DNA of 49,543 bases from the NCBI GenBank assembly GCA_051294375.1, contig CM119267.1:19071150-19120692 (forward strand), in the 5' to 3' direction. Source of the stretch: Paraspadella gotoi (lineage: Eukaryota > Animalia > Chaetognatha). Made by a program: the position numbers and the translations under genes. The notes below the pieces were generated by a model. The model worked only from the letters and a program-made list of their open reading frames with translations, was not told where the DNA came from and searched no databases. This document shows positions 35,676-49,543 of this stretch, piece by piece (within the stretch, counting starts at the first letter, position 1; every line of letters starts with the position of its first letter).

Positions 35676-36368
35676 GGAAACGCCGACCTATCGGCGGGTA
35701 AGCCTTCCGGTTTTTTCGACACCGGCGACGGCGGTTGGGGTTTTTCAGGTGGGATTTCGTCTCCCCTCTGTTTCTCCTTTTTTTTGTTCACTCTCTCTCT
35801 CACTCTTTCAATGTCTCACTCTCTTTCTCACTCAGTTTTAAATCTTTTTTCAATTCTAATGCGTTTAACTTTTTCTATTGCGAGGGAACATGGGAAAGAA
35901 ATAAAAGGATGGGGTGTTACGCAGTTGCTTAATGGTAACCATGAAAGAGAGCAAGGAATTCGCCAGTCGGAGCGAGACAGAGACAGAGAGAGAGAGATCG
36001 GAGAGACAAGAGAGAGAGAAGAGAGGAGAGAGAGAGAGAGAGAGATGAGAGAGGAGAGAGAGAGAGAGAGTTTTATTCCCGCAAGTGCTGGGGTAATGGG
36101 AAAAGCGATCGAAGGCGGAAATTAAAGGGAGGATTCAAATCGGCGAGAGAAAGAGAGGGGGGTGCTAGGAGGGAGGTGAGAGAGAGAGAGAGAGAGTCAG
36201 AGAGTCAGAGAGACAGAGAGAGTGGGAGGCGAGAGAGTGACACTTGAAATCCCTTTGAAGAAAACAGAAATGTAAAACAAAAAAGAAAAGAGGAAAAAAA
36301 ACAAAAAGCCATTCGACGAGGAAGACTCCAGATGATTGCGAGACCACCCTCAATTCTCCGCATTCTCT

Positions 36369-36494
<126 letters not shown>

Positions 36495-38971
36495 GCTGGA
36501 AAAGCTAGAAAATATTTTTGTCTTGACGTTGAAAAAATGCAATCATTTAAAAAGGAGACCAAGTATAAAAAAGCCAATCTGCATCCAGGAGATGAGGAGA
36601 AAAAAAAAATCCAATAAATGACAACGGATATGATGGCTCGGCTCGATTTTAATTTGTTTTCACTTTTTTAAAATCGACGTAAATCTAAAACGAATGAGTC
36701 ATTAATTCCACGAATAGACGAGCATCTTCGCTCGATATTCTGAGTCACCGCAAAACTTTTTTCTTATTTTTTTTTTGTTTTTTTTTTTTGCAAAAGGTCT
36801 TAGGGTTGGTAGCAAAAAAACTAAACCGCGAAGGGTGAATTTTAAGAAACCAATCGAGCAACGAAATGCCAGGTGCAACCCTCTTCCAGGTGCCATTTAC
36901 CAGGTGCCAGATGCAATTGTCTTTCATTTATTCCTTTCCCTGCCTCTTACGTATATCTCAACCTTTTTTTTTTCTTGGAGGTTTAATTCGTGGGAGTGCG
37001 ATGCGCCAAGGAATGAAAATGGTTTAAACCTAATTTGAAAGACGAAGTAAAAGTAAAACATAAGGAGAAGAAAAAGGGGAAGACTTAACTTAATATAATG
37101 AGGCGGTTCTAATGAAAGCAAACTGTCAGAAGTATATTTTTACATACGTACCAACGGAATGACTTCATTAATTAAGTCAAAAAGTCTGACAAACAGACGG
37201 ATCGATCGATGGACAGAGTTAAATCCAGAAATATCGATTCGCATCCAAATTGTCATATCGTGACGAAGCAATTCAGATCGAATCGTTCTCTTAGTTTCGT
37301 TCTATCCACAATTGGATTACATTGCAATGTCCCGTCTGCGATTGCATTTAAGTTCTCACGCAATTCGCCCTTTTCAGAAGAGGTTCCAAGTTCCAACTAC
37401 AATTTTGGTTCACCAATCCACCTCCTTCTCGGACAAAAAAAGTCGCCGACAGTCACTAGGCGATAAATTGTGAAACAGAAAAAAAGCCCACTTCACCATA
37501 AACAAGCCACTTGTTTCTTTTAACCTAGACCCAGCTCTATTTGAAAAATAAAAAAAAGAAAAGTTTCTTCAGCAACGGAAATTCCAATAGATAATTCGGC
37601 GATGCTCTTTTTTTTTTTCTTTGTCGGTTTTTCGAATCAACTTCGTCCTTTTACGATCTTCTTCGTCTTCTTCTTTTTTTGTGGCCTTCGATCTCGCATT
37701 CCTCTCTCGTTCGTTGATCCTTTCTTCTCTCGATGTCATTCGTCGGAATTCTTGGGTTTTTGCGGTCATTTTCGGTCTTTTCCTCGTCATTGAGCTCAGA
37801 AAGTCTGGCATCCGTAGTGCGGAGATGTTGAAAGTTCCCGCGCATTAGTTTGTAAAAGTACAAATTCGATAGTATTTAATTCTTTCTCATAGCTGAGAAT
37901 TGAGGAATATTGATGAAAAGATTATGAATTTTACCAAGTTTCGTACGGTATGCAAAGAGCGAATAAATTCTGAGCTATTATTATTATACATTAATCCATT
38001 TAACAAAAAAAAAATAACCATTTTCGGAATCTATCTAATCTTTTCTTACTTAATCTTCGAACTTCGATACTCGTACTGATACTTCAAAAAAAAAAAAAGA
38101 CAAAAATTTAAAAATATTAAAAAACAATATAATTCGGGAAAAAAAATAAGTTAATCCGAAATACCGAATCATCAAACTTAACGGCCCAGACTCTCATTTC
38201 AATTCTCGGCCGAAGAATAAACCGGAATGCGAGAGCGAAATGCCGGACGGGCGGAATCGAATCGCCAGGAAGACTAGGCGAAAGTTGCCGGATCCGGCTC
38301 GTTGAACCCACGGGGCCATGTGTCAAAAGAAACAAAGAGGACTTTCGGTTTTTGATTGAGAGGACTTTTGAAAAACGTCTTGGGAAGCCAGAAAAGGGTT
38401 AAAATCTGGGACGGAAGGCGACCTAATACAGTATTTCGATTTTTCGAAAAGGGACCTCGTTTTATATCCTTGCGCTTTTTTTGTTAAATCGAAACTGCTG
38501 AGTCACGCTGAGTTTTTACGAACCGAATCGCCGTCCTTTGCGATTGAGACTCTTTTTGGTCGGTCGGTCGGTAGTCTTTCATAAAGTAAACTAACCTTAC
38601 AGACTATATGAAATTTATAAAACTAAATAACATTAAGTAAATATAATAAACAGTAATAATACAATTATTGCAACATTTTCTTTTTTGCGAAACCATAACC
38701 ATGGAGCTCTCTCTAATCGTTTCTTGTTTACTCATAAAAGCGTCCTTGTAAACAAACTCTCNNNNNNNNNNNNNNNNNNNNNNNNNNNNNNNNNNNNNNN
38801 NNNNNNNNNNNNNNNNNNNNNNNNNNNNNNNNNNNNNNNNNNNNNNNNNNNNNNNNNNNNNNNNNNNNNNNNNNNNNNNNNNNNNNNNNNNNNNNNNNNN
38901 NNNNNNNNNNNNNNNATTCAAAACTGGAAAACCAAAAATAAAAACGAGAGAGAGAGAGAGAAAAGACTTAC

Positions 38972-39152
38972 TCTCTCAGGTTTCGAATTCCGCCGCGTCG
39001 TCGGCTCTTTCAACGCTGGCGATTCGACCTCTGATTGGTCGAGATATCGCAGCCTCTCCCCATTGGACAGCAGCTGTTTAGGTAGTGGCGGCGAACGGAC
39101 CAATGGGGAATCGAGGATTTCTTCGAGCCAGACCCGAGCCTTGCCTCTCTTT
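38972..39152 (-). CDS. Putative internal exon; N-terminal half resembles a calponin-homology domain
   Basis: Minus-strand donor AGA|GTAAGT (GT at 38971-38970), pyrimidine-rich acceptor ending ATAAG (39153); 60 open codons KRGKARVWLEEILDSPLVRSPPLPKQLLSNGERLRYLDQSEVESPALKEPTTRRNSKPER. Confidence 0.45.
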
Positions 39153-39402
39153 CTTATGATTGAGCGACAGGAAGGACCGAATCATGTTGCTCGTCTACGA
39201 CTAATGTCTACGACTATTTTTTTTCCCCGTTTTCACCAAATTTTGTTGGAAGAAAAAAAATGTCGCCGTTATAAACTTACCTTCGCTGCGGAGCTTAACT
39301 CTCCCCTTTTTTTCATGAAAGGGGATTTAATCAATACTCTGCGCACACGAACGTGGCATCTCGTTTTTCATTGATAGAAACGCACTCCTGCGTTGAGTAA
39401 TG

Positions 39403-39440
<38 letters not shown>

Positions 39441-39857
39441 NNNNNNNNNNNNNNNNNNNNNNNNNNNNNNNNNNNNNNNNNNNNNNNNNNNNNNNNNNNN
39501 NNNNNNNNNNNNNNNNNNNNNNNNNNNNNNNNNNNNNNNNNNNNNNNNNNNNNNNNNNNNNNNNNNNNNNNNNNNNNNNNNTTTTCCATTTTTTTTCTAA
39601 ATCCATTAGTTTCCTTTTGAAAACTGCGAGTTTTTCCTGCAAATATTTTCTCCTTTTCACCTCACTCTATATATACTTGTCTCCATCCCCTCCGTTTCAG
39701 GCGATCGACTCTGCGCCTGGTTATAGGATTGCATGATGCTTGGTCAAAAGAAAAAAAAAGCTTGTTCACTCGAATCTGCGTTTTGTTTTTGTCGTGACGT
39801 CAAAAAAGTTCAGTTTTCTAATAATCGTCGTTTCCCGTTTCGATTTAGATATTTGAC

Positions 39858-39911
<54 letters not shown>

Positions 39912-42781
39912 AGAATTCAAATTATACGCCGAAAGCTAAAAAAAAAGTGGCCTTCGGAAATCGAAATCCTCATTTTTTTCTCCCTTCGATTCCTTCATTT
40001 CTTAAAAAAGCTTGGAGTCTCCATGGTTCATCTCTTTTCCTCTTTTCTCTTGTCTTCTCTTTCTTCTTTTCTTTTTCCGTCCTCTTTCCTTTCTCTAACC
40101 GCGATTAAACGCTTTTCAGCTCAAGGCGTCGACGCTTAAAATTAGATGGCTTTGTCTCTTTTCTTTTTTTTTTTGTCAAGAGGCAACAAAAAAAAGTCCT
40201 CAACTTTGACCACAATCCTTCTTTAAGTACCCTATCCTCTCGAAGAAAAAGACGAAGACGACGAGAGAAAGAAAGCCAGCGACGACAACGACAATTTATA
40301 ACAGTCCAACCGATTGCTGTCACCAAGTAATAAAATATCCGACTGCAACATGAGGCTTCTTGCAATCTCGTTATCGCAACGCGACATCAAACATGCTACC
40401 AAATTTAAGCCCTCGCAGACGGCAACAAAACCGAACAAANNNNNNNNNNNNNNNNNNNNNNNNNNNNNNNNNNNNNNNNNNNNNNNNNNNNNNNNNNNNN
40501 NNNNNNNNNNNNNNNNNNNNNNNNNNNNNNNNNNNNNNNNNNNNNNNNNNNNNNNNNNNNNNNNNNNNNNNNNNNNNNNNNNNNNNNNNNNNNNNNNNNN
40601 NNNNNNNNNNNNNNNNNNNNNNNNNNNNNNNNNNNNNNNNNNNNNNNNNNNNNNNNNNNNNNNNNNNNNNNNNNNNNNNNNNNNNNNNNNNNNNNNNNNN
40701 NNNNNNNNNNNNNNNNNNNNNNNNNNNNNNNNNNNNNNNNNNNNNNNNNNNNNNNNNNNNNNNNNNNNNNNNNNTTTTTTTTTCTTTCAAATGCTAACCA
40801 AAGCGAAAACGAATTTTCAAATTCATTCATTTATTTTTCTCCGGCCAAGTTCGAAGGCTCCAGTCATTAATTCCGGATCCCCGCTCGCTTTGTTCTTCTT
40901 TACAAAGGGATCTAGGTTTTTTTTTTGACTCGAGTATAAAGAATTTAAAATTAAAAAATCTAGTTTCCTAACTCTATTGAAATTCGACTTAAAAACCTCT
41001 TCCCATTTTCGAATTTTCTTTATTCCCAATTTTTTTATTTTTCCAATTTCTGTGCGTGAGCGCAGACTTTTTATTTGTGGGCTTCGAAAATTCAATGCGA
41101 TCATTTTCATTTCGAACCAAATTTTTTTATCGCGCTGTCGCGTTGTCCTTGATTAAAACTTTCCCTCGATTTGTTTGTTTGTTTTCTAAGTTTTCGATTT
41201 TAAATTAGGAAAAAAAAAGCCTCTCTCTGGTTTTCGACAAGTTCGGTTTTCGCCTTTTAAAAAAAAAGATTTAAAAAAAAAAGAAAGAAATTAACGATGA
41301 CGCACTCTGGCTTAAAAATCATATCGGTTAATCCTCCGATCCGTTCGATTGTGACTCTAGGCGCCAAACTTTATCTCGAAATATTATAAACATATATAAA
41401 TTCTTTTCGCCATATTTTTTTTTGTTTTAACAAAAACTAAAATCGGCGACGTCGAAGGTCGAGAGTCTCGAAACGAACTTTGATCGAAAGAACGGAAGCG
41501 AAATAAAAAGAGAAGAAAAAAAAAGAGGTTTATATTTCACATTCTTCGTTTCACATTTTGTTTTTATTGTGAAAGTTTTTCACGGATCTCGTTTAAATTC
41601 TTTCTCTTTCGTCCGACGTCGTCGTATTCAATTTTCGTCTCTCGAATTTATCAACGATTTTTTCTTGACGAGAAACGAGAAGAAAAACGCCCAACGACCA
41701 TTTTTTTTCCCTCGTGTGACAATTTGACATTCCGTTTTTCTCGGCGTCAAGAATTTGTCCGGTTCGTGTTCGGTTTTTGGATCCGTGAGACATTCTTGCG
41801 TTCGGTTATGACAATTCTGTCTTGTGAGTAGGTCCGTGAAGTGAAAGGATTAATAAAGTATCACGAGCAGTGAGGAGACTATGACATTCGTAAGCGATAT
41901 TATCTTTTTGACTGGACTGAGGACATTAGATCTTGGGCAATGTACACTGGACAAAGTGGACATTGGACAATAGCTGACTGGGGGCGTTTATCTTTGCTCA
42001 TCGGGCAGCCCTTCTTAAATTCCGAAATATTACAATTCCTTATCCACAAAAAATCGGATTATTCAATCGTCAACGCAAATGATGAAAATACATTTTATTC
42101 TTTCTTCGCTTTTTCTGATTCGAGTCAAATAAAACCGCGAGGAAAAAATAGTCGCCTTAAAAAAAAACGAAAAAAAACGAAAAAAAAACACAAGTGAACA
42201 TCTGTCTTGAGATGCTAGATCGGCCGTACATTCCTTCCTTTCTTCACTACTTTTTTTTTATTTCTGAGATTTTTATTTATTTATAAATGTACAACTGTTT
42301 CTGTTTTTTTATCGGCCAAAAGAATGCTCTAATGAGTTTTAGAAATACACTGAATGGTTAGAACCGATTCGCCGAGAGAGAAAGAGAGAAAGATAGAGAG
42401 AAGGAAAAAGTGAAAAAGAGAAAATAAGAGAGACCTTTGTGGCCCAGAGGGCTCGGGTTACCTTGGAATGTTCCCCCTTTTATTTTCGAATCGATGGCTC
42501 TCTGCGATTTTCCTCTCTATTGACTTTCGCCGATCGCGTTCTTGAGAGAGAGAGGGAGATTCAGAGAAAAAGAGTGAAACAGAGCGAGACAGAGACGGAA
42601 AGAATGTTTATAAAAAAGAGACCTTGGGGTTTTTTTCTTAGAGATGTCCGCGCGAAACCTCTCTTTTAAGAGATAAGTGCTCCAAGTTCGATCTTAGAAG
42701 AAAGCTCGTAGTTTTGAGAGAGAACAACGATCAAGAGAGGCTCTTTCAAATAGTTCCTTCTTTAAGAGAGGTCCTAGTCTT

Positions 42782-42836
<55 letters not shown>

Positions 42837-42933
42837 TTTCCCGGTTTTAATCTTTCTTCCTCGGCCCTCGAAAGATTAAAATCTCCAAAAGTCGATTTGC
42901 ATAAAATCGAAAACTCGCGGAGATTTAGAACTT

Positions 42934-43260
42934 TTAAAATTTTTTATCGTCGTCGTCTTCATCGTCGACGTGGAATTTCAGTTTGTCCGCCGAAGTCGTC
43001 CTCGTCTCCGGGACGACCGCCGACGCACGTGCAACTCCTTCGTCGATCGATCGCTGTCTCTCGATCGCTTCGTCGGATCTTTTCGCCCCGCAGCCAAAAC
43101 CCCCGAGTTCCTTCATCTTGAATCGATTCTTCAAAAAGGGATTAGGCAATAGCATTCCTCGCGCGCCGATGGCGAATTGGTGAGATCATCGCGGGAAAAG
43201 CCGGAACCGCTCGTCGAAGCCTCCGACCAGGGGGTCGGGAAGTCGTTTACGATTTTTTGG
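42934..43260 (-). CDS. Possible coding segment, unidentified
   Basis: GC-rich island with ORF fragments (..PNPFLKNRFKMKELGGFGCGAKRSDEAIERQRSIDEG..DDEDDDDKKF*); boundaries and frame unclear. Confidence 0.22.
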
Positions 43261-45114
43261 TCATTCCTATTTCCTAATAGTGTTCGGCTTTGAGTTTTGC
43301 TCATTAACAAAATAGCAATCAAAGACATTTAAATGACTTTAAAACATCATATTATTTTGATTGCACTTAGTACATATGGGAATGACCCGAAAGGAAATTT
43401 CCAAGGTTTTTAAATGGCAAACATTTAAACTCTGGCTACTTCAAAGTAACGAATCAATGTTCTAAAAAAAAACTATAAAAATTCAGTCTTGGCCATCAAC
43501 TCGACTCTCTTCCAAACAAAAAAAAATCGTCTCAGGCTGCGTCCGTGGGAGACACAAAAAGAACCCATTATAGCGGAGCCGAAGTTGTTTTTAGCCGATT
43601 TACGGGGAAGGCGGGTTAATTGGAATGACCCGAGGGCGTTTTTATGTTTTCGAAGAATTTCTTTGTTTCTCGAGATCCTAAATAGTTCGTCTTGCTTATC
43701 GGCAAATCGATGCGCACCTTTTCCAAATGAAACGGGATCGTTCATTCTGATGTGAACCAGTTGGAGAACATGAAGAGCATGCTTTATTAAGTTTATCTTT
43801 TAACTTTTAACTTCAACCATACGATTTAGTTTTAAATTAAGCTATTTTTCAATATTCAAACGTTATCGCATCACGTGATTATAACACAGGATGTGTTACA
43901 CAAGTATAAAAAAATATGGTCAACAAACCTTTCGGCTTGTTTTTTATATATTAAAGTTTTGAAATATGCTTTGAATTTTTGGCAATTTGATTTTTTTTTT
44001 ATGAATCACATGAATATTAAACATATGTTCATTGTGCAAGGAGGGTCTCAATGTTCTTTTGGTCTAGCACTATTCTCCCATGTACTAATCAAGAATACCC
44101 AGTATTACAAAATTTATCCTCATTTAAACACGAGTGGGACCGACAAACGGACGGACGGACCGACCAAAAACCCGGTGCATTCTCGATCTTCGCCGCCTGG
44201 AGGCGACACAGTTCACCGTCTCCTCCCTTTTCGATTGTTTTCCTCTTGAGAATTCCTGAACGAGAGATCGAGAGATCGAGAGATCGAATCCGCGAAATTC
44301 TCCCGATACAATTTAAGATCAAAGCAAAAAAAAANNNNNNNNNNNNNNNNNNNNNNNNNNNNNNNNNNNNNNNNNNNNNNNNNNNNNNNNNNNNNNNNNN
44401 NNNNNNNNNNNNNNNNNNNNNNNNNNNNNNNNNNNNNNNNTTATGTCCGCGTAATGGTTGTTCTTTTTTTTTGGGTCTTGATCGTTTTTCCCGTCGAATA
44501 TTTCCTTCTTGAGTCATTCGGGTTCGCTCGTTCGGTAATATTTACTCGGGATGTGTCGATGCATCTCTCTAAGCGAGCTTTTATCCTGTTAAATTGTTAA
44601 ATTGATGTTCGGTAATTGTTATCATTTCAGTCCATGGTACGATATAGTAAGGCATAATTTCAATCTTCGTGAATAAAATTGAATATTTATTTATAATAAT
44701 TACATCAGATGGTAAAAATAAACTAAATCCTTGACACCGCATGCCTGAACAACGGACGCCCTCTCTCTCTTTTCTCCGTTTGTATTTTTTTTCCCCCGAT
44801 GCTACTCTTCCTTATCGTCGTAACTTTTCTCTATTCGTTTCGTCTCAAGAAGCCGCCCTTTTTTTTCTTTTTTTCTTTCTTTTTTTTTAAACTCTTTCTC
44901 ATTTTTCTCCATTTCTTCTCCATTCCCAGGTCCGTCGTGGAATAACAAACAATCTTTACCGAAAAAAAGAGGAAACCAGATACTCTCGTCCTGAAAGAAT
45001 TTAATTCGTCAAACTTCGGTCTTTGTTATCGTAACGATCGTTGTCGTTATTGTTGGACTTTGGTTTGAGTCGATTTTAAAGCGACGATAAGTTAGATCAT
45101 TTAATCTCTTATCG

Positions 45115-45255
<141 letters not shown>

Positions 45256-45353
45256 ACTTCGGTCACACTCATCTCCCATTTCAGTAATTGAGACGTCGAT
45301 TCGATCGAACGAAAAAACAAAAGACGCGTCAACCGATCGGCGAAAACGAGTCC

Positions 45354-45730
45354 CTAGCGTCCGATCGGCAAAGAATTTAATCCTCGACACTTTACGGGCG
45401 TCGATCGTCGGGCGCCGGGCTCTTTGAAAAAGACGTCGCCGCGGCGCCGGTCTCTTTGAAGAGGCGACCCTCTCGTCAGAATAAGGGAGGGTTCGATCTG
45501 ACAGGAGCCAAAGGGTTGACCAATTTGAGAGGTTTCCTCAAACTGGGTCCCTAAGGACGCTAATTGGGAGCTGCGGGGCGAGAGGCGGACTCCGGACTCC
45601 GAAGCCCTATACCCGGTCGGAACCCGGCTCCCCGGCTCGACACCGCCGTCAAAAACTACTTCGTCACTGTCGAGAAAAACTTTAGACTCGGTTGACCGGT
45701 CATTTGAACGAAGGTTTCGACAAGAAGGAC
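45354..45730 (-). CDS. Possible coding exon, unidentified S/R/P-rich product
   Basis: Part of a 145-codon non-microsatellite ORF in a GC-rich island; splice boundaries not established. Confidence 0.3.
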
Positions 45731-46120
45731 GGACGGACGGACGGTTATAATCGCCTTTTTGAGGTAGAATTAGTTTTTTTCGCCCGAGCACGTACGTTCG
45801 TACACTCAGTCGTACAAAGGGCGCAACCGCTTCGTTGTCTCACGAGCGCAACTCGTGCCTTACATTAGCGCCTTTTTTTTTTTCTCACGATGATATATCA
45901 AGGGATTAACTTTTTCTCTACGGACCGACTGATAGAGAGACAGACCGACCAACGAGTCGAAGCGATCGATCAATTTGCATTCGAATTTCTCTTTTTTTTT
46001 CTGTTTGACGTCGGAGGGAAAAAAAATTTCTTTTTTTTCCTCCCACTTTTTAAATTGGATTCAGAAATTCCGATGCGCTCGTATCTCTGGATTACCTTTT
46101 TCGCTGGTGACACTCACTCG

Positions 46121-46153
<33 letters not shown>

Positions 46154-47753
46154 NNNNNNNNNNNNNNNNNNNNNNNNNNNNNNNNNNNNNNNNNNNNNNN
46201 NNNNNNNNNNNNNNNNNNNNNNNNNNNNNNNNNNNNNNNNNNNNNNNNNNNNNNNNNNNNNNNNNNNNNNNNNNNNNNNNNNNNNNNNNNNNNNNNNNNN
46301 NNNNNNNNNNNNNNNNNNNNNNNNNNTCTCTCTCTCTCTCTCATCAACGAGTGAAAAACGGGATAAAACGTGGCTCGTTCGCGGTTGCAACGACTTCGTG
46401 AAACTTGCGGGGGTTGAGGGTAGGTGATATTTCTTCGAATAAACCCAGAGATTATAACAAATAAAATATCTTTGCCTGACAGTAAAATTTCATAAAATTT
46501 ATCCATGATAAATCGTTAAAAACGTCAAAAAACAAATATTTAGAAAAACATTGTGAAGGTGTGAAAACTACGACCATTACGTGAATCTCGGTGATGATTA
46601 AAATTGTTCTAGTGACGAGTGAACGCGGTCACACGGAGGGAACGCCCGTTCGCGACGTGAACGAGCATTCACGGATGAGAAAAAAAAAACTCGGCGTTTA
46701 CGGCGGGCGTCTCACGGTCGCGCTGTGAAATTAAACGCGGTACGACTGTAAATCGAAATTTCGGGCCGTGAAATTGAAGGGTGGTGAGGTAAGTGGACGG
46801 GCGTGGGCGCGGGGTGGGGGCGTGTGAGGCCGTGAGAATTGAGAGTGGAAGGTTGAAGATGGGAAGGAAGACTTGAGAGAGGAAGACGAGAGATTTGATA
46901 TTAGTTAAGACAGGAAGATTTAAAAGATTAAAAATGAGTCACAATTTCCTGTTATAAGAATCGTTGTTTTTTTTTTCGTATTTTTCCTTGACCATGAATC
47001 GAAGAAAAGATTTTAAGGTAGAATCGGGATGTATAAGTTAATGAGAAAAGATTTCACCAGTGTCGTCTGTGAATCGTTTGGGCCGTTTGTCATATTCTTG
47101 ATCAGAATCTTTAGTTTCGATTTTCTATAAAGTTTAACTGGAAGCAGAGGTTGACGGGAGAACTCGCTTTGGAGACATCATAATATCAAAACATAGCAAT
47201 GGGTGACGGGCACATGACGCCCACTTATATCGCAAATGCGGGGCCTTCGTCAATGCGGGTGGCGGTGAAAGCCCAGCGAAGACTTGGATCCTCGATATTA
47301 ACGCTCCTTGGGGGATTACGTGGATTAGGATAACAACGACAAACACAGCGAGGGAACCCCATCTGGAGGGAGACGATTGCTGTTTTGTTTGTCAAGGACT
47401 TTTTCCCTCTTTTTTTTCCAATCACGGTGGATTAAATGTCCGCCACGNNNNNNNNNNNNNNNNNNNNNNNNNNNNNNNNNNNNNNNNNNNNNNNNNNNNN
47501 NNNNNNNNNNNNNNNNNNNNNNNNNNNNNNNNNNNNNNNNNNNNNNNNNNNNNNNNNNNNNNNNNNNNNNNNNNNNNNNNNNNNNNNNNNNNNNNNNNNN
47601 NNNNNNNNNNNNNNNNNNNNNNNNNNNNNNNNNNNNNNNNNNNNNNNNNNNNNNNNNNNNAATAAAAAAAACAAACAAACTAAGGAACGTACTAAGGCCG
47701 CGTCCGGGAAAGGCTTTGATGGGAAAACTCTACTTCTTTGTCTCGGTACAACG

Positions 47754-47807
47754 TCTTGTACGGACATCAAGTCTTGCGCGGACATAAAATCTTGTCCGGA
47801 CATCTCG
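47754..47807. repeat. 18-bp minisatellite, 3 copies
   Basis: TCTTGTACGGACATCAAG / TCTTGCGCGGACATAAAA / TCTTGTCCGGACATCTCG. Confidence 0.8.
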
Positions 47808-49543
47808 CCGAATTTCTAGTCGGATCGTTAACTCGGACGTAAACGATGTGTTGCACGACAACTCGTAACTTGTTTCTTTTTTCTTTTTTTTATTGGTCTA
47901 CGCTTCATTCCTTAGACCGATCCTTGACCGTCCTTTGTCCGATTCGAGCCGTACACAGCGGCTCGAAAATCCTTGGCCGTCGGCCGTTGTTCCACGGATC
48001 CCCCACCGAGGTTTCAAAGGCCCTTACCTCGCTCTCCTTATCTCGATCGCACTTACCTTTTCATTCGACCTTTCTCCGAAAATTAACGTCAAAAATCCTC
48101 CAAGCGTTTTCTCGAACCGCGTGCCGAGGCGCCGCTGTCGTCGTCGTCGTCGTTGTCGTTCGTCGTCGTCGTCGTTCTTACCCGCCCGTAGGCATCAGCT
48201 GAAAGAAAAGAGTGGAATGAAGGAAAAGAATGAATGGATAACAACAACAAAAAAAAGAAAGAATTAAAAAAACAGGTTATTTAAAGTTAAACCCATTGAG
48301 TCGAGGAGGAAGATACGAGAACGATCATTTCGATAAATCGACTCAATGAATTCCTTGACGNNNNNNNNNNNNNNNNNNNNNNNNNNNNNNNNNNNNNNNN
48401 NNNNNNNNNNNNNNNNNNNNNNNNNNNNNNNNNNNNNNNNNNNNNNNNNNNNNNNNNNNNNNNNNNNNNNNNNNNNNNNNNNNNNNNNNNNNNNNNNNNN
48501 NNNNNNNNNNNNNNNNNNNNNNNNNNNNNNNNNNNNNNNNNNNNNNNNNNNNNNNNNNNNNNNNNNNNNNNNNNNNNNNNNNNNNNNNNNNNNNNNNNNN
48601 NNNNNNNNNNNNNNNNNNNNNNNNNNNNNNNNNNNNNNNNNNNNNNNNNNNNNNNNNNNNNNNNNNNNNNNNNNNNNNNNNNNNNNNNNNNNNNNNNNNN
48701 NNNNNNAAAAAAAAAAAAACAGTGAAAGATAAATTCTTATCTCGTCGTCCGGTTGTATTAGCTTCAAAAAAAATTATTATATCCAATTTGATTAATTCCG
48801 TTTCGTTTCATTTCCTCACGACGCAGATTTTTTTTTTTTTTTTTATCGGGCGGACAACCTCCGCGGATTTTAAACGAAGGGATTCTTATTAATTAATATT
48901 CTTTCGTTTTAAAAGTTGTTTTTGTGATTTTTTCTCGTCAAAAGAGAAGAAAAATTAAAAAGATTTCGCTTTTGGTAATTTATTAAGAATTTTCAAAGGA
49001 TTTTGCCTTCATCAGACGTATAAATGCAGAAGCCTTTCTTCGGGGCATGGCCCTGGTTTATTTTGCCATTAGACGTCTTATGTCAGGTGTCTTATGAGTA
49101 AAGCTAACGGCTCATGACCATAAGCCGTCAGGTTACAGTACCTTTGGGAAACTTGAGAATAATAGGCTTCTCTAAAAATTTGTTTACAGTAAATAAAAAA
49201 AGTCAAATATTCATTTTCCTGTGGCAAGAAAAGACATTTTTAAATTGAAACGACAAATCTTACCAAATCTTGCCTACTGTGAAAAACTACGTTTTTTTTA
49301 CGTTTGGATTTAACGAACACGGGAACAGCGTTACGATCACCGGTCGACACGTAAAGCAGAGAGCATGAATAAAAAAAACGACGACGATGCGATGATAAGA
49401 AAAGAAAATCGGGGGAAGAGGGAAGAAAAACGAAAGGGAAAAAAAAGAAAGGAAATAAAAAGGGAGAAAAACCAACGGCGCATTTTGTGTTTTTTATCGC
49501 TTTTCTTCTTTGCTCGTCGGATTTCTCTCTCTCTCTCTCTCTC

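Noticed and set aside
39795-39802. Perfect CRE palindrome TGACGTCA
   Set aside because: A single 8-mer is expected by chance in ~50 kb and has no supporting context.
46710-46838. Small element bounded by TCTCACGG...CCGTGAGA
   Set aside because: Only an 8-bp inverted match, with no TSD and no second copy.
47134-47425. GC-richer island as a coding exon
   Set aside because: Several frames are open on both strands with no recognisable family, so strand and frame cannot be assigned.

Overview
This is eukaryotic (probably metazoan) draft-assembly sequence. It is AT-rich with GC-rich islands, dense in (AG/CT)n and (GAC/ACG)n microsatellites, and has many N-gaps. I found no rRNA, tRNA, CRISPR array or prokaryotic operon, and most listed ORFs are microsatellite or gap artefacts. 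The dominant structure is a ~19-kb imperfect inverted duplication (about 12563-21868 versus 22085-31615) folded around an (AAAG)n/(AAAC)n spacer. Each arm carries a large insert that the other lacks. The left arm holds a 4.7-kb LTR-bounded element (14895-19596) with TG...CA ends, a polypurine tract and no recognisable pol; it sits in a (GA)n tract, and the empty site is visible in the right arm. The right arm holds a 5.2-kb block with a ~208-bp degenerate repeat, a trypsin-motif micro-exon and a ~36-copy ~71-bp tandem array. That block replaces the start codon region of a large low-complexity first exon (30975-33069). Other features are a fascin-like beta-trefoil terminal exon (1361-1631), a tandem triplication of a probable gene 5' end (3938-10425), a calponin-homology-like exon, and a telomere-like interstitial tract. 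Four exactly 25-N gaps and indel-dominated differences between copies suggest noisy long-read gap filling. The duplications may therefore be assembly or haplotype artefacts, although the LTR element with its filled and empty sites is informative either way. All alignments and protein-family calls were made by eye and need computational confirmation.
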